From Pseudomonadota bacterium (GTDB taxonomy: Bacteria > Pseudomonadota > Alphaproteobacteria > Acetobacterales > Acetobacteraceae), in NCBI GenBank assembly GCA_021781835.1, contig JAJXWD010000002.1, forward strand, positions 21,288-85,287: DNA of 64,000 nt, read 5' to 3'. Positions 48,980-58,544 of this stretch are shown one piece after another. Each line of letters opens with the position of its first letter. Within the stretch, counting starts at the first letter, position 1. The notes under the pieces were generated by a model. The model had not been told where the DNA came from, ran no database searches, and saw nothing but the letters and a program-made list of their open reading frames with translations. A program made the position numbers and the translations under genes.

Positions 48980-50098
48980 ATGAACGACCCCGCTGCCCTG
49001 CTGCGTCTGGCGCGCACCGAGGGCGTGGGGCCGATTACCTATCGGCGGCTATTGGCGCGGTTTGGGCGGGTGGAAGACGCGCTGGCCGCGCTGCCCGAGC
49101 TGGCGCGCAATGGCGGACGGGCGCAGCCGCCGCGAATTCCCGCCGAAGCCGAGATCGGGCGTGAGATGGCGGCGCTCCACCGGCTGGGCGGTCGGTTTTT
49201 GTTTCTGGGCGCGCCGGATTACCCCGAATATCTGGCCGAGCTGGCCGATGCGCCGCCGGCGCTGGCGGTGCTGGGCGATGCCGCGCTGCTGGACCAGCCC
49301 GCCATCGGCATGGTCGGCGCGCGCAATGCCTCGGCCAATGGCTTGCGTTTCGCGGAAAGCCTGGCGGCCGATATCGCCGAGCGCCACCCGGTGGTTTCGG
49401 GCTTGGCGCGCGGCATAGACACGGCTTCGCACCAGGGCGCGCTACGCACGGGGCGGACGGTGGCGGTGATCGCCGGGGGGCTGGATGTGCCTTATCCAGA
49501 GGAAAATGCCGAACTGCAAAGGCGCATAGCCGCCAATGGCGCGGTGGTGGCCGAGGCGCCGCTGGGCACCGCACCGCTGGCCCGGCATTTTCCCAAGCGC
49601 AACCGCATCATTGCCGGGCTCACCCGGGGGCTGGTGGTGATCGAGGCCGCTGCCCGCTCTGGCTCGCTGCTCACCGCGCGCGTTGCCGGCGAGGCGGGGC
49701 GCGAGATTTTCGCCGTGCCCGGCCATCCGTTCGACCCGCGCTCGAGCGGGGGCAATGAGCTGATCCGCCAGGGCGCGCATTTATGTGAAAACGCCGCCGA
49801 TGTGTTTGAAAACCTGCCCGCCCATGCCGCGCTGCGCCGCGTGGGCCAAAGCCCCCTGCCCGGCTTTGCCGAGCCCCCCGCCCCGTGGCCGCCCCGCGCC
49901 CCGGTGGCCGAGGAGCTGCCGATCGCCCGGCACAAGATCATGCCATTGCTGGGTTTTGAAGGGGTGACGGTTGACGAGATCGCCCGGCGCTGCCAACTGT
50001 CGGTAGCCGCCATCCGGGCGGTCATTCTGGAGCTGGAACTCGCAGGTGTTGTGGAAACCCTGCCCGGCGACAGGGTTGTGCGCCTCGAAGACCTATGA
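48980..50098 (+). CDS. dprA: DNA-processing protein DprA
   Basis: VGARNAS, VSGLARGID..SH, FPKRNRIIAG and EAAARSGSL.TA; C-terminal winged helix. Confidence 0.95.
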   Translation: MNDPAALLRLARTEGVGPITYRRLLARFGRVEDALAALPELARNGGRAQPPRIPAEAEIGREMAALHRLGGRFLFLGAPDYPEYLAELADAPPALAVLGDAALLDQPAIGMVGARNASANGLRFAESLAADIAERHPVVSGLARGIDTASHQGALRTGRTVAVIAGGLDVPYPEENAELQRRIAANGAVVAEAPLGTAPLARHFPKRNRIIAGLTRGLVVIEAAARSGSLLTARVAGEAGREIFAVPGHPFDPRSSGGNELIRQGAHLCENAADVFENLPAHAALRRVGQSPLPGFAEPPAPWPPRAPVAEELPIARHKIMPLLGFEGVTVDEIARRCQLSVAAIRAVILELELAGVVETLPGDRVVRLEDL

Positions 50099-52759
50099 AT
50101 GGAACGGTTCTTGACTGATATCGTTGTCGTTGAATCCCCGTCCAAGGCCAAGACCATCAACAAGTATCTGGGCGATAAATACCGGGTGCTGGCCTCGTTT
50201 GGCCATGTGCGCGACCTGCCCGCGCGTGATGGCTCTGTGCGTCCGGACGAAGATTTCGCCATGGATTGGGAGGCGGATGACCGCGGGGCCAAGCAGATCA
50301 ATGAGATCGCCCGCGCGCTCAAGGGCGCCAAAACGCTCTACCTCGCCACCGACCCCGACCGCGAGGGCGAGGCTATCAGCTGGCATGTGCGCCAGATGCT
50401 CGAGGACAAAAACGCCCTGAAGGGCGTGCAGGTTGAGCGCGTGACGTTCAACGAGATTACCAAATCGGCGGTGAAAACCGCCATGGCCCAGCCCCGCGAC
50501 CTCGATACCCCGCTGATCGAGGCGTATCTGGCACGCCGCGCGCTCGATTATCTGGTTGGCTTCACCCTCTCGCCGGTGTTGTGGCGCAAGCTGCCGGGCT
50601 CGCGCTCGGCGGGGCGTGTGCAGTCGGTCGCGCTCAGGCTGGTGTGCGAACGCGAAGCCGAGATCGAGGTTTTCAAGACCCGCGAATATTGGACGGTGGA
50701 AGCCGCCCTGCTCACCCCGGGCGGCGCGCCCTTTCCCGCCAAGCTGACCCATTACCAGGGCCGCAAGCTCGAGCAGTTCGACCTGCCCAACGAGGCGGCG
50801 GCGCGCGCGGCGGAAGCGGCGGTGAAGGCCGGGGCCTTCGCGGTTTCGGCGGTTGAGAAAAAACGCACGCGGCGCAACCCGCCGCCGCCCTTCATCACCT
50901 CGACCCTTCAGCAGGAAGCCAGCCGCAAGCTGGGCTTTTCCTCGCAGCACACCATGCGCCTCGCCCAGCAGCTTTATGAGGGCGTGGAGATTGGCGGCGA
51001 TACGGTCGGCCTGATCACCTATATGAGAACCGATGGCGTGCAGCTGGCCAAGGAGGCGGTCGGCGCCATCAGGGAGCAGATCGGCCGGGAATTCGGCGAC
51101 AAATACCTGCCCGTGGCGCCGCGCGAATATCAAAGCAAGGCCAAGAACGCCCAGGAGGCGCACGAGGCCATCCGACCGACCGACATCACCCTCAAGCCCG
51201 AGCAGGTGGCGCGCATGCTCTCGGCCGATCAGGCCAGGCTTTATGAACTGATTTATAAGCGCGCGCTGGCCTGCCAGATGCAGGCGGCCGAGCTTGACCA
51301 GACCAGCGTGGACCTGACCGACGGCCAGGGTCAGACGCTGCGCGCCACCGGCTCGGTGCTGGCATTTGACGGCTTTTTGAAACTTTACCACGAGGACCAG
51401 GACGACCCCTCGGGCGATGAGGAAGGCCGTATTTTGCCGCCCATGGCCAAGGGTGACCCCGCGCGCACCGGCAGCGTGCAGGCCAGCCAGCATTTCACCC
51501 AGCCGCCGCCGCGCTACTCGGAAGCCTCGCTGGTGAAGAAGATGGAGGAGCTGGGCATTGGCCGGCCTTCCACCTATGCCTCGATTCTGGGCGTGCTGCG
51601 CGACCGCAATTATGTGAAGCTCGAAAATCGCCGCTTCATCCCCGAGGATCGCGGGCGGCTGGTGACGGCGTTTCTCACCAGCTTCTTCGCCCATTATGTC
51701 GATACCGGCTTCACCGCCCAGCTTGAGGACCAGCTCGACCAGGTGGCCGAGGGCGCGGCCAATTGGCGCGATGTGCTGCGGGCCTTCTGGGAAGGGTTTT
51801 CGGGCGCCATCGAGCAGACCAAGGGGCTCAAAATCTCCGATGTCATCGACGCGCTGGATGCCGATCTGGGGCCGCATTTCTTCCCCACGCGCGAGGATGG
51901 CTCCGACCCGCGCGCCTGCCCCTCATGCGGCGGCGGGCGGCTGGGGCTGAAGCTGGGGCGGTTTGGCAGCTTCATCGGCTGCTCAAACTATCCAACCTGC
52001 CAATATACCCGCAAACTGGCGGTCGAGGGTGGCGACCAGCAGGATGACACGCTGGTGGACGGCGTGCGCGTGCTGGGCCAGCACCCCGAGACCGGCGAGG
52101 ATATCACGCTGCGCCGTGGGCCTTATGGGCTTTATGTGCAGCAGGGCGAGCCTGACCCCAACGACAAAAAGGCCAAGCCCAGGCGCGCCTCGCTCGCGCG
52201 GGGCATGGATGGCGCCAAGCTGACGCTGGATGAGGCGCTTGGGCTGCTCTCGCTGCCCCGTTTGGTTGGTGTGCACCCGGAGACGGGGCAGAAGATCGAG
52301 GCCAATATCGGCCGGTTCGGGCCTTATGTGAAAATGGGCGCGCTGTTCGCCTCGCTCGACCGGGACGATAACGTGCTGCATCTGGGCCTCAACCGGGCCA
52401 TGGATCTGATCGCCAAGAAACAGGAATCGGTGCGCACGCTGGGCGCCCACCCCAAGGATGGCGGCGATGTGATTGTGCGCAAGGGGCGGTTTGGGCCTTA
52501 TGTGCAGTGGGGCAATATGGTGGCCAACCTGCCCAAGGGCCGCGAGATGACCGATCTCGCCCTGGATGAGGCGGTGGCGCTGCTGGCCGAAAAAGGCAAG
52601 GCGCTGGCGCCCAAGGGCAAGGCGGCCAAGGGCGCCAAGGCCAAGCCTGGCGTGCGCAAGGCAGCTGGAACCAAGGAGGCCGCGCCTAAAAAACCCGCCG
52701 CCAAGACGGCCGCCACGAAAAAACCCGCGGCCGCGAAAAAAAGCGCCACCCGGAGCTGA
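50099..52759 (+). CDS. topA: DNA topoisomerase I
   Basis: VVESPSKAK, ATDPDREGE, SAGRVQS, ITYMRTD, AHEAIRPT, GIGRPSTY, one zinc ribbon, C-terminal repeats and a K/A-rich tail. The start may be TTG 50111. Confidence 0.98.
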   Translation: MERFLTDIVVVESPSKAKTINKYLGDKYRVLASFGHVRDLPARDGSVRPDEDFAMDWEADDRGAKQINEIARALKGAKTLYLATDPDREGEAISWHVRQMLEDKNALKGVQVERVTFNEITKSAVKTAMAQPRDLDTPLIEAYLARRALDYLVGFTLSPVLWRKLPGSRSAGRVQSVALRLVCEREAEIEVFKTREYWTVEAALLTPGGAPFPAKLTHYQGRKLEQFDLPNEAAARAAEAAVKAGAFAVSAVEKKRTRRNPPPPFITSTLQQEASRKLGFSSQHTMRLAQQLYEGVEIGGDTVGLITYMRTDGVQLAKEAVGAIREQIGREFGDKYLPVAPREYQSKAKNAQEAHEAIRPTDITLKPEQVARMLSADQARLYELIYKRALACQMQAAELDQTSVDLTDGQGQTLRATGSVLAFDGFLKLYHEDQDDPSGDEEGRILPPMAKGDPARTGSVQASQHFTQPPPRYSEASLVKKMEELGIGRPSTYASILGVLRDRNYVKLENRRFIPEDRGRLVTAFLTSFFAHYVDTGFTAQLEDQLDQVAEGAANWRDVLRAFWEGFSGAIEQTKGLKISDVIDALDADLGPHFFPTREDGSDPRACPSCGGGRLGLKLGRFGSFIGCSNYPTCQYTRKLAVEGGDQQDDTLVDGVRVLGQHPETGEDITLRRGPYGLYVQQGEPDPNDKKAKPRRASLARGMDGAKLTLDEALGLLSLPRLVGVHPETGQKIEANIGRFGPYVKMGALFASLDRDDNVLHLGLNRAMDLIAKKQESVRTLGAHPKDGGDVIVRKGRFGPYVQWGNMVANLPKGREMTDLALDEAVALLAEKGKALAPKGKAAKGAKAKPGVRKAAGTKEAAPKKPAAKTAATKKPAAAKKSATRS

Positions 52760-52793
52760 TACCTGTCAGCCCCAGGGCTGACAGGTATCAGCT
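52754..52793. repeat. Perfect 19-bp inverted repeat overlapping the topA stop
   Basis: AGCTGATACCTGTCAGCCC-ca-GGGCTGACAGGTATCAGCT. Confidence 0.9.
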
Positions 52794-52838
52794 TGACCCG
52801 CCTTGCGGGTAAATCTGACGTCTTTTAATACCCCATTT

Positions 52839-52880
52839 TATTGGGTTAGGTTGCGTCTGCCGACTCAATCCAACCCAATA
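52839..52880. repeat. Second, imperfect 15-bp inverted repeat (REP-like or terminator)
   Basis: TATTGGGTTAGGTTG-N12-CAATCCAACCCAATA. Confidence 0.75.
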
Positions 52881-52885
52881 TCGAT

Positions 52886-53434
52886 CTAGCCCCGTTTAGG
52901 GGCGGGCTTGCGGGTGGCGGCGGGTTTGGCTGCCGGCGGGGTGGGTTGCTCGGCCACGGGGGCGGCTTCGGCAACCGGCTCGGGGGCCACGGGCGCGGGG
53001 GGCACGGCTTCGGATTTGGTGGGTTCTGAAGCAGGCTTGGGCGCGGCTTCGGGTGTGGCGGCCGGCAGGATCACATCATTGACCGTCACCAATTCACCCT
53101 CGCGCAGAAGCTGCATGGCCTCGCTGAAGCTGGTACGCAGCTCATCCGACACCTCATGCATCAGCGCGACCAGCTTTTCCAACTCGGCCGAGACCTGGGT
53201 GCCGGCCGCCGCGGGCTTGGCGGCATCGCTGTGCAGCAGCGCCAGGCGGGTGTTCAGCACCTCCTGGCCGTAAGAGATTTCGAGCCGCGCCGCGCCGGCG
53301 ATGCCGCGCAAAATGCGCTCCTGGGCCCGCAGCAGGCGGGTGGCGCTTTGTTGCCAGTCGCGCATCATTTTTTCCGGTGCAAAGGAAGCTGCTGCTTTTT
53401 CCAGAGCTTTTGCGTAGTCGTTCTGAGCCACCAT
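52886..53434 (-). CDS. Phasin-like protein with a Pro/Ala/Lys-rich tail
   Basis: All-helical amphipathic N-terminal ~110 aa, then PAKPAA-type low complexity. Family is inferred. Confidence 0.6.
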   Translation of the reverse strand: MVAQNDYAKALEKAAASFAPEKMMRDWQQSATRLLRAQERILRGIAGAARLEISYGQEVLNTRLALLHSDAAKPAAAGTQVSAELEKLVALMHEVSDELRTSFSEAMQLLREGELVTVNDVILPAATPEAAPKPASEPTKSEAVPPAPVAPEPVAEAAPVAEQPTPPAAKPAATRKPAPKRG

Positions 53435-53670
53435 GTCGTCACGAGTCCTTTTTGCTGTTGCTCATGGGCCAACGCTTCGCACGGCGGCTGGTGTAGTGGG
53501 GGGGCTGGCCGTGCGGGCGGGGCTGGTTAACCAAGACAGTTGAACGCATGGCGCGCGGGTCCGACAAAGCGGCTCGGAACAGCGGCCAGACACAGTATAG
53601 CGGGTAATTTTGTGCGCTGCATCAACCTCGTTGCGGTGTTAGGTTGTTTTTTATTGTTTTGTAGCCAAAC

Positions 53671-53697
53671 AAAACGCCCGGCCACAGGGCCGGGCGT
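53671..53697 (-). terminator. Intrinsic terminator of the tad operon
   Basis: 10-bp stem ACGCCCGGCC/GGCCGGGCGT followed by UUUUGUUU on the minus strand. Confidence 0.8.
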
Positions 53698-53720
53698 GAA
53701 GAAAGAGCTATACGCGGCGC

Positions 53721-55169
53721 TCAGAAATCGGCGACGGTGCAGCCATTGCCGGTGCTGGAAAGCTCGGCGCAGAATTTGGCGGCCTGGACCTTGCTGCCAA
53801 ACCCGCCAATGCGCAAGCGGTAAAAAGTTTTGCCGTGCACCGAGGCTTTTTCAATGTCGGGCGATTTGCCGGCCAGCAGAACTGGCGCCCGGTCGGTGAG
53901 CAGATGCCAGGAATGGCGGGCGGCTGATTCGCTGTCGAGCGCGGCGATTTGCACCGCCACATGGCCGTGGGCGGTGGTGGCGATGGGCGTGGGCGGCGGG
54001 GCAACAGGCGCCATGGCCACCGCCGGCTGGGCCGGGCCAGGGGCGGCCGGCGTAGCGGCCGAAGAGGAAATCGCTCCTGGAATTGGCGAGGGGCCCACAT
54101 AGGCGGCGTTGGGGTTTTGGGTGGCCGCCGGCGGGCTCGAATAATGCGGCTTCGCGGCGGGCGCAGGCATGGGCGCGGGCATGGGCGCGGGCGCTGCCAC
54201 CGGAGCGGCGGCCGGAGCCAGGGGCACGGGCGCGCTCATGGGCTGCGAGGCGGGTGGCGCCTCCTCGATCGGGGCGGCGGTGACCGGCGGGGTGGAGACG
54301 GTATCGACCGTCGGGGCGGCGGCGGGCGGCGGGGACGGCTGGCTGATATTGGCGGCGATCAGGGCCTGGTAGCCATCCAACGCGCGCTGGACCTGGTCGG
54401 GCGGCAGATCGATGGCCAGAACGTCCCGCGCCTGCTGGATCTCGCCGACGGAGACCAGGGCCAAGGCGTAGTTTTCACGGATCTTGGGCGTTGCGTCCTG
54501 CCCGGTCGCCAAGGGGCCGAGATATTGCAGCGCATCCTCGCCATGGCCGGACAGCGCCAGCGACAGGCCCAGATTGATTTCAACCGCCGTCATCGCCGGA
54601 TCGGCCAGCAGCGCCTTGTGGTACGGATCGACCGCGGCAGCGAAATTGCCGGTTAGATCATAGGCGATGCCGAGATCGTTGAGCGCGGCGGCGTTGCCGG
54701 GGTCATCGGCCACCGCGGCCTGAAGGGCGGCAATGGCCTGGACCGGGTCGGTTTTTATCAGGCAGCGCCCGAGGCCGGTTTCGGCCTCCGAGGCATGGGG
54801 GTCGTATTTCAGCGCCAGCTGATAGGCGGCCTTGGCCGGCTCGCAGCGGTTGAGGGCATAATAGGCGTTGCCCTCATGCACCAGCGCATCGATGTTGTTG
54901 GGATCCGATTGCAGCACGGACTGCGACACCGACAAGGCCATGCCCGGGTTGCCGCTGGCGATGGCGGCATCGGCAACGTTGAGCGTGTCAGGCGTGATCG
55001 AGGATTTCGCCTGGGCTTCGTCTGAGGTGGCCGTGGCATCCGGGCTGCTGCCCGATTGCCCGGTTTGGCTGCAGGCTGAGAGGGCGAGAATCGCGGCGAG
55101 CGTCGCGAGCGCCACGCCAGTCTTGAACTGACGGCGGATATTGTGCGGGGCAGGAGAGATGATGCTCAT
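53721..55169 (-). CDS. tadD: TadD-like TPR lipoprotein fused to a C-terminal SPOR domain
   Basis: Lipobox LALSAC, TPR repeats (ALNDLGIAYDLTG, INLGLSLALSG, KIRENYALAL), Pro/Ala linker, SPOR-like VQIAAL..YRLRIGGF..A.KFC; last gene after tadC. Confidence 0.8.
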   Translation of the reverse strand: MSIISPAPHNIRRQFKTGVALATLAAILALSACSQTGQSGSSPDATATSDEAQAKSSITPDTLNVADAAIASGNPGMALSVSQSVLQSDPNNIDALVHEGNAYYALNRCEPAKAAYQLALKYDPHASEAETGLGRCLIKTDPVQAIAALQAAVADDPGNAAALNDLGIAYDLTGNFAAAVDPYHKALLADPAMTAVEINLGLSLALSGHGEDALQYLGPLATGQDATPKIRENYALALVSVGEIQQARDVLAIDLPPDQVQRALDGYQALIAANISQPSPPPAAAPTVDTVSTPPVTAAPIEEAPPASQPMSAPVPLAPAAAPVAAPAPMPAPMPAPAAKPHYSSPPAATQNPNAAYVGPSPIPGAISSSAATPAAPGPAQPAVAMAPVAPPPTPIATTAHGHVAVQIAALDSESAARHSWHLLTDRAPVLLAGKSPDIEKASVHGKTFYRLRIGGFGSKVQAAKFCAELSSTGNGCTVADF

Positions 55170-55196
55170 GAGACCTTCTGCTTATGGCTCTTGCGA

Positions 55197-56153
55197 CTAA
55201 TGGTGATGGAAAGCGGCCAGAACGTTGATGATCGCGGGTCCGCCGAGCACGAGGAAGACGCACGGCAGGATGAACAGGATCATCGGCATGGTCATCAGGG
55301 TCGGCAACCTGCCCGCGCGCTCCTCGAAGCGCACCAGCGCCTCGGCGCGCAACTCGGCTGAAAGTGTGCGCAGCGCCTGGGTCAGCGGCGTGCCGTATTG
55401 CAGAGACTGGGCCAGGGTGGTGGCCAGGCGTTTCAATGTTTCAAGCCCGGTGCGATCGCCCAGCGCCTCCATGGCCTGGCGCATATCCGCGCCGATGGTC
55501 AATTCGCGCGAGGTCTGGTTCAGCTCCATGGCCAGATTGGGGTTGAGCATTTCCAGCTCCTGGGCGACGCGGGAAATGCCCGCCTCCAGCGCCAGACCGG
55601 CATCGGCGCAGATGACCAGCATGTCGAGCGCGTCGGGCACGCCAGTCTCGACCTTGGCCAGATGTTTCTGGCGGATGTTGGTGGCGATCCATTCAGGCGC
55701 CAGCATGCCGACAACCAAACCGCCGCCCGTGCAGGCCAGCAGCCAAAAATGCGACAGGCCAAGGCGCTTGGCCAGAAAAAACCCGACAAATGGCCCGATG
55801 ATGGCCAGCAGGATTTTAGAGCCGATGAACAGCCCGAGCCCCCGGCCACCACGAAAGCCGATGCCCTCGAGGGTGGCGGTGATTTCGGCCAAGGTCTTGC
55901 GTGACAGTAAGCCCGAGCGGACGATGATCATGCCAAAGCCCGAGATCAGGCGAAGCGCCAGTGGCCCTTCGTGTTTGACCTCTGTTTCGGCATGGTCGCC
56001 ACCGCCTTCCGTGACCACGGCAAGCCGCTTGGCAAGCTGGTTGTCGCGCTCGAACTCGACCAGCAGCAAGACGGCCAAGCCCGCGAACAGGAGAAACGCG
56101 CCCCCGAGGAGGACCAGGATCAACCAAACGGGGATGGCGCTATTTAAGAACAT
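55197..56153 (-). CDS. tadC: Tad platform protein TadC
   Basis: PDALDMLVIC.DAG..LE, L.QS.QYGTPL..ALR and KL-type PMILFILP. Confidence 0.92.
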   Translation of the reverse strand: MFLNSAIPVWLILVLLGGAFLLFAGLAVLLLVEFERDNQLAKRLAVVTEGGGDHAETEVKHEGPLALRLISGFGMIIVRSGLLSRKTLAEITATLEGIGFRGGRGLGLFIGSKILLAIIGPFVGFFLAKRLGLSHFWLLACTGGGLVVGMLAPEWIATNIRQKHLAKVETGVPDALDMLVICADAGLALEAGISRVAQELEMLNPNLAMELNQTSRELTIGADMRQAMEALGDRTGLETLKRLATTLAQSLQYGTPLTQALRTLSAELRAEALVRFEERAGRLPTLMTMPMILFILPCVFLVLGGPAIINVLAAFHHH

Positions 56154-57129
56154 TGCTGATCATGAACTGAATGGTGCCCATGCCGAGGATCATGAGCACG
56201 ATGGCCGCGCCGAGCACCGATTCACCCGCCTTGGTGGTGAACAGCACGAGAATATAGGTTCTTTGCATGAGAAAAATCACACCTCCGGCGAAGAACGGCA
56301 GCACCGCCAGCACCATGGCCGAGGTCCTGGCCTCGGCGGTGAGGGCGTAGCCGCGGGCTTTGAGGCCCACGCGCTTGCGGATGACATCGGCCAGGGTCTC
56401 GAGCGTCTGGGTAATGCCGCCGCCGGACCGGGCCTGCAGGGTGAGCGCGGTGGCGAAGAACTGGTACTCGGTCAATTTCACGCGCTCCGCCAACTCGCGC
56501 AAGGCGACATCGAGCGGGATGCCTATGGAGGCCTTGTCGGCCAGAATGCCGAATTCCATTTTCGTCGGCTCCATGGCGTCCTTGGCGACGGTGCGCAGCG
56601 CCTCGGCCATGGGAATGCCGACCCGCACGCAGCGCACCACGGTGTTCAGCGCGTCGGGGAATTGCTCGATCAGTTTGGTGTTACGGCGGTTGGTGAACCA
56701 GTTAAAAATGAAGCGGTCGATGACATACCAGGCGATGGGCGAGCCGAACCATTCGGTAACGTACCAAAGTACCGGGTAGCCGCCCATTGGATGGGAGAGG
56801 ATGAACATCAACACCCAATCGAGGATCGCGGCCAAGGGCGGCACCAGCCACCATTTGATTGGGTAGGTTTCGGCCTGTTTCAGATCCACGCCGATCGAGG
56901 CCGCGGCGCGCTCTTTGAGTATGTCGGCGCGCGAACGGGTGCGGACCAGACTTAACTCGTCATCGATCTGCGTGGTGGGGCGGGCCGAAGGGACGACCGC
57001 TTCCATCATGCGCTGTTTCAGTTTGGTATCGCGGTCATGCTCCTTGACCACTGCCATGGTGGTGACGACGGTGAACAGCAACAGCAGCACCACCAGCGCA
57101 AGCAGCAGGATGAGTTTCTGAATCAACAT
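56140..57129 (-). CDS. tadB: Tad platform protein TadB
   Basis: QFPDAL....R.VRVG, Q..SGG.....LE.LA..IR and AEARTSA.VL. Start ATG 57129 overlaps the cpaF stop. Confidence 0.92.
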   Translation of the reverse strand: MLIQKLILLLALVVLLLLFTVVTTMAVVKEHDRDTKLKQRMMEAVVPSARPTTQIDDELSLVRTRSRADILKERAAASIGVDLKQAETYPIKWWLVPPLAAILDWVLMFILSHPMGGYPVLWYVTEWFGSPIAWYVIDRFIFNWFTNRRNTKLIEQFPDALNTVVRCVRVGIPMAEALRTVAKDAMEPTKMEFGILADKASIGIPLDVALRELAERVKLTEYQFFATALTLQARSGGGITQTLETLADVIRKRVGLKARGYALTAEARTSAMVLAVLPFFAGGVIFLMQRTYILVLFTTKAGESVLGAAIVLMILGMGTIQFMISNVLK

Positions 57130-58538
57130 CAGGCTTGTTCCAACGCGTTGGCCCAGGCCCGGTCGAGCCCGAAATATTGCAGGCGCTCTTGGAACGAGGA
57201 GCGGATGCGGCTGACCTCGTAACGAACGGTCAGCCGCCCGGTGTTCGATTCGCCGGTGACCTCCATTTTGAAAATATCGTTGAGCAGCTGTGTCTCGCCT
57301 TCCATGCCGGCGATTTCGGTGACCTGAATGACACGGCGGCCGCCGTCGCGCTGGCGCTCGACCTGCACGATCAAATTCACGGCCGCGCAAATCTGCTGCT
57401 TGATGGCGCGCGAGGTGAGGCCCATGGAGGACATCTGCACCATGTTCTCGATACGAGACAGCGCGTCGCGCGTGTTGTTGGCGTGGATGGTGGACATGGA
57501 GCCGTCATGGCCGGTGTTCATGGCCTGGAGCATGTCGAACGCTTCCGAGCCACGGGTCTCGCCGATGATCACGCGGTCGGGGCGCATACGCAGGGCGTTG
57601 CGCACCAGGTCGCGGGCGGTGACCTCGCCTTTGCCTTCAAGGCTGGCGGGGCGGGTTTCAAGGCGCACCACGTGCGGCTGCTGCAACTGCAACTCCGCCG
57701 CGTCCTCAATGGTGACGATACGCTCGGCCACGTCGATGAAGCGTGAGAGCGCGTTCATCATGGTGGTCTTGCCCGAACCCGTACCGCCCGAGACGATGAT
57801 GTTGAGCCGGCAGCGCGCCGCGATTTCAAGCACGCGCGCCATGGGCGGCGTGAGGGCGCCGAACTGGATGAGCTTTTCGAAATCGATCGGCTTTTTGGAG
57901 AATTTACGGATCGAGATCGAGGGGCCATCGATGGCCAGGGGCGGCAGCACGATGTTGACACGCGAACCATCTTTGAGGCGCGCATCGCACATCGGGCTTG
58001 ATTCATCGACACGGCGCCCGACCGAGGCCGCGATGCGCTGGCAGATATTGGTCAGGTGGGTCCAGTCGCGGAAGCGCACCGGCACCTGCAGCAGCTTGCC
58101 GCCGCGCTCGACGAAGGTTTTTTCCGGGCCGTTGACCATGATGTCGTTGATCGTGTCATCGAGCAGCAGCGGCTCGAGCGGGCCGAGGCCGAGCATGTCA
58201 TCGACCAGCTCGGTGGCCAGGGCGCGCTGCTCGCGGGCATTGAGCTGCACGCGCTTTTCGGTCGCCAGATCCGAGATCAGGCGCTCGACCTCGATCAGCA
58301 GACGTTCGGCCGGCAGCGAGGCGACGGCCGTGGCATCCATGCGGGCGAGGCAGAGATTGCGCAGCTCGGCGATTTCGGCGCGAACGGTGGGCGCTGTATC
58401 GAGGGGAATGCGCGCATAATCGGCGACCGGCTGGGGTGGCGGCGGCGCCGCGACCTGTTGCATCACCGGATTATTCGCGCCACCGCCAAAGGTTTCGCTC
58501 CGGCGGCGGCCAAAAATGGGCAGGCTGCCATCAGACAT
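57129..58538 (-). CDS. cpaF: Tad pilus ATPase CpaF/TadA
   Basis: GLGPLEPLL.D..I.DIMVN, GGTGSGKTT, IEDAAEL, LRMRPDR..IGE.RG.EA and MNTGHDGS..T.HAN. Confidence 0.96.
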   Translation of the reverse strand: MSDGSLPIFGRRRSETFGGGANNPVMQQVAAPPPPQPVADYARIPLDTAPTVRAEIAELRNLCLARMDATAVASLPAERLLIEVERLISDLATEKRVQLNAREQRALATELVDDMLGLGPLEPLLLDDTINDIMVNGPEKTFVERGGKLLQVPVRFRDWTHLTNICQRIAASVGRRVDESSPMCDARLKDGSRVNIVLPPLAIDGPSISIRKFSKKPIDFEKLIQFGALTPPMARVLEIAARCRLNIIVSGGTGSGKTTMMNALSRFIDVAERIVTIEDAAELQLQQPHVVRLETRPASLEGKGEVTARDLVRNALRMRPDRVIIGETRGSEAFDMLQAMNTGHDGSMSTIHANNTRDALSRIENMVQMSSMGLTSRAIKQQICAAVNLIVQVERQRDGGRRVIQVTEIAGMEGETQLLNDIFKMEVTGESNTGRLTVRYEVSRIRSSFQERLQYFGLDRAWANALEQA

Positions 58539-58544
58539 GCGCGT

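Noticed and set aside
52600-54300. Short repeats in the topA tail, phasin tail and TadD linker
   Set aside because: They encode Pro/Ala/Lys low-complexity protein linkers and are not DNA-level elements.
50093-56955. Long opposite-strand ORFs (50093-51877, 55225-56955)
   Set aside because: Shadows of topA and tadB/C.
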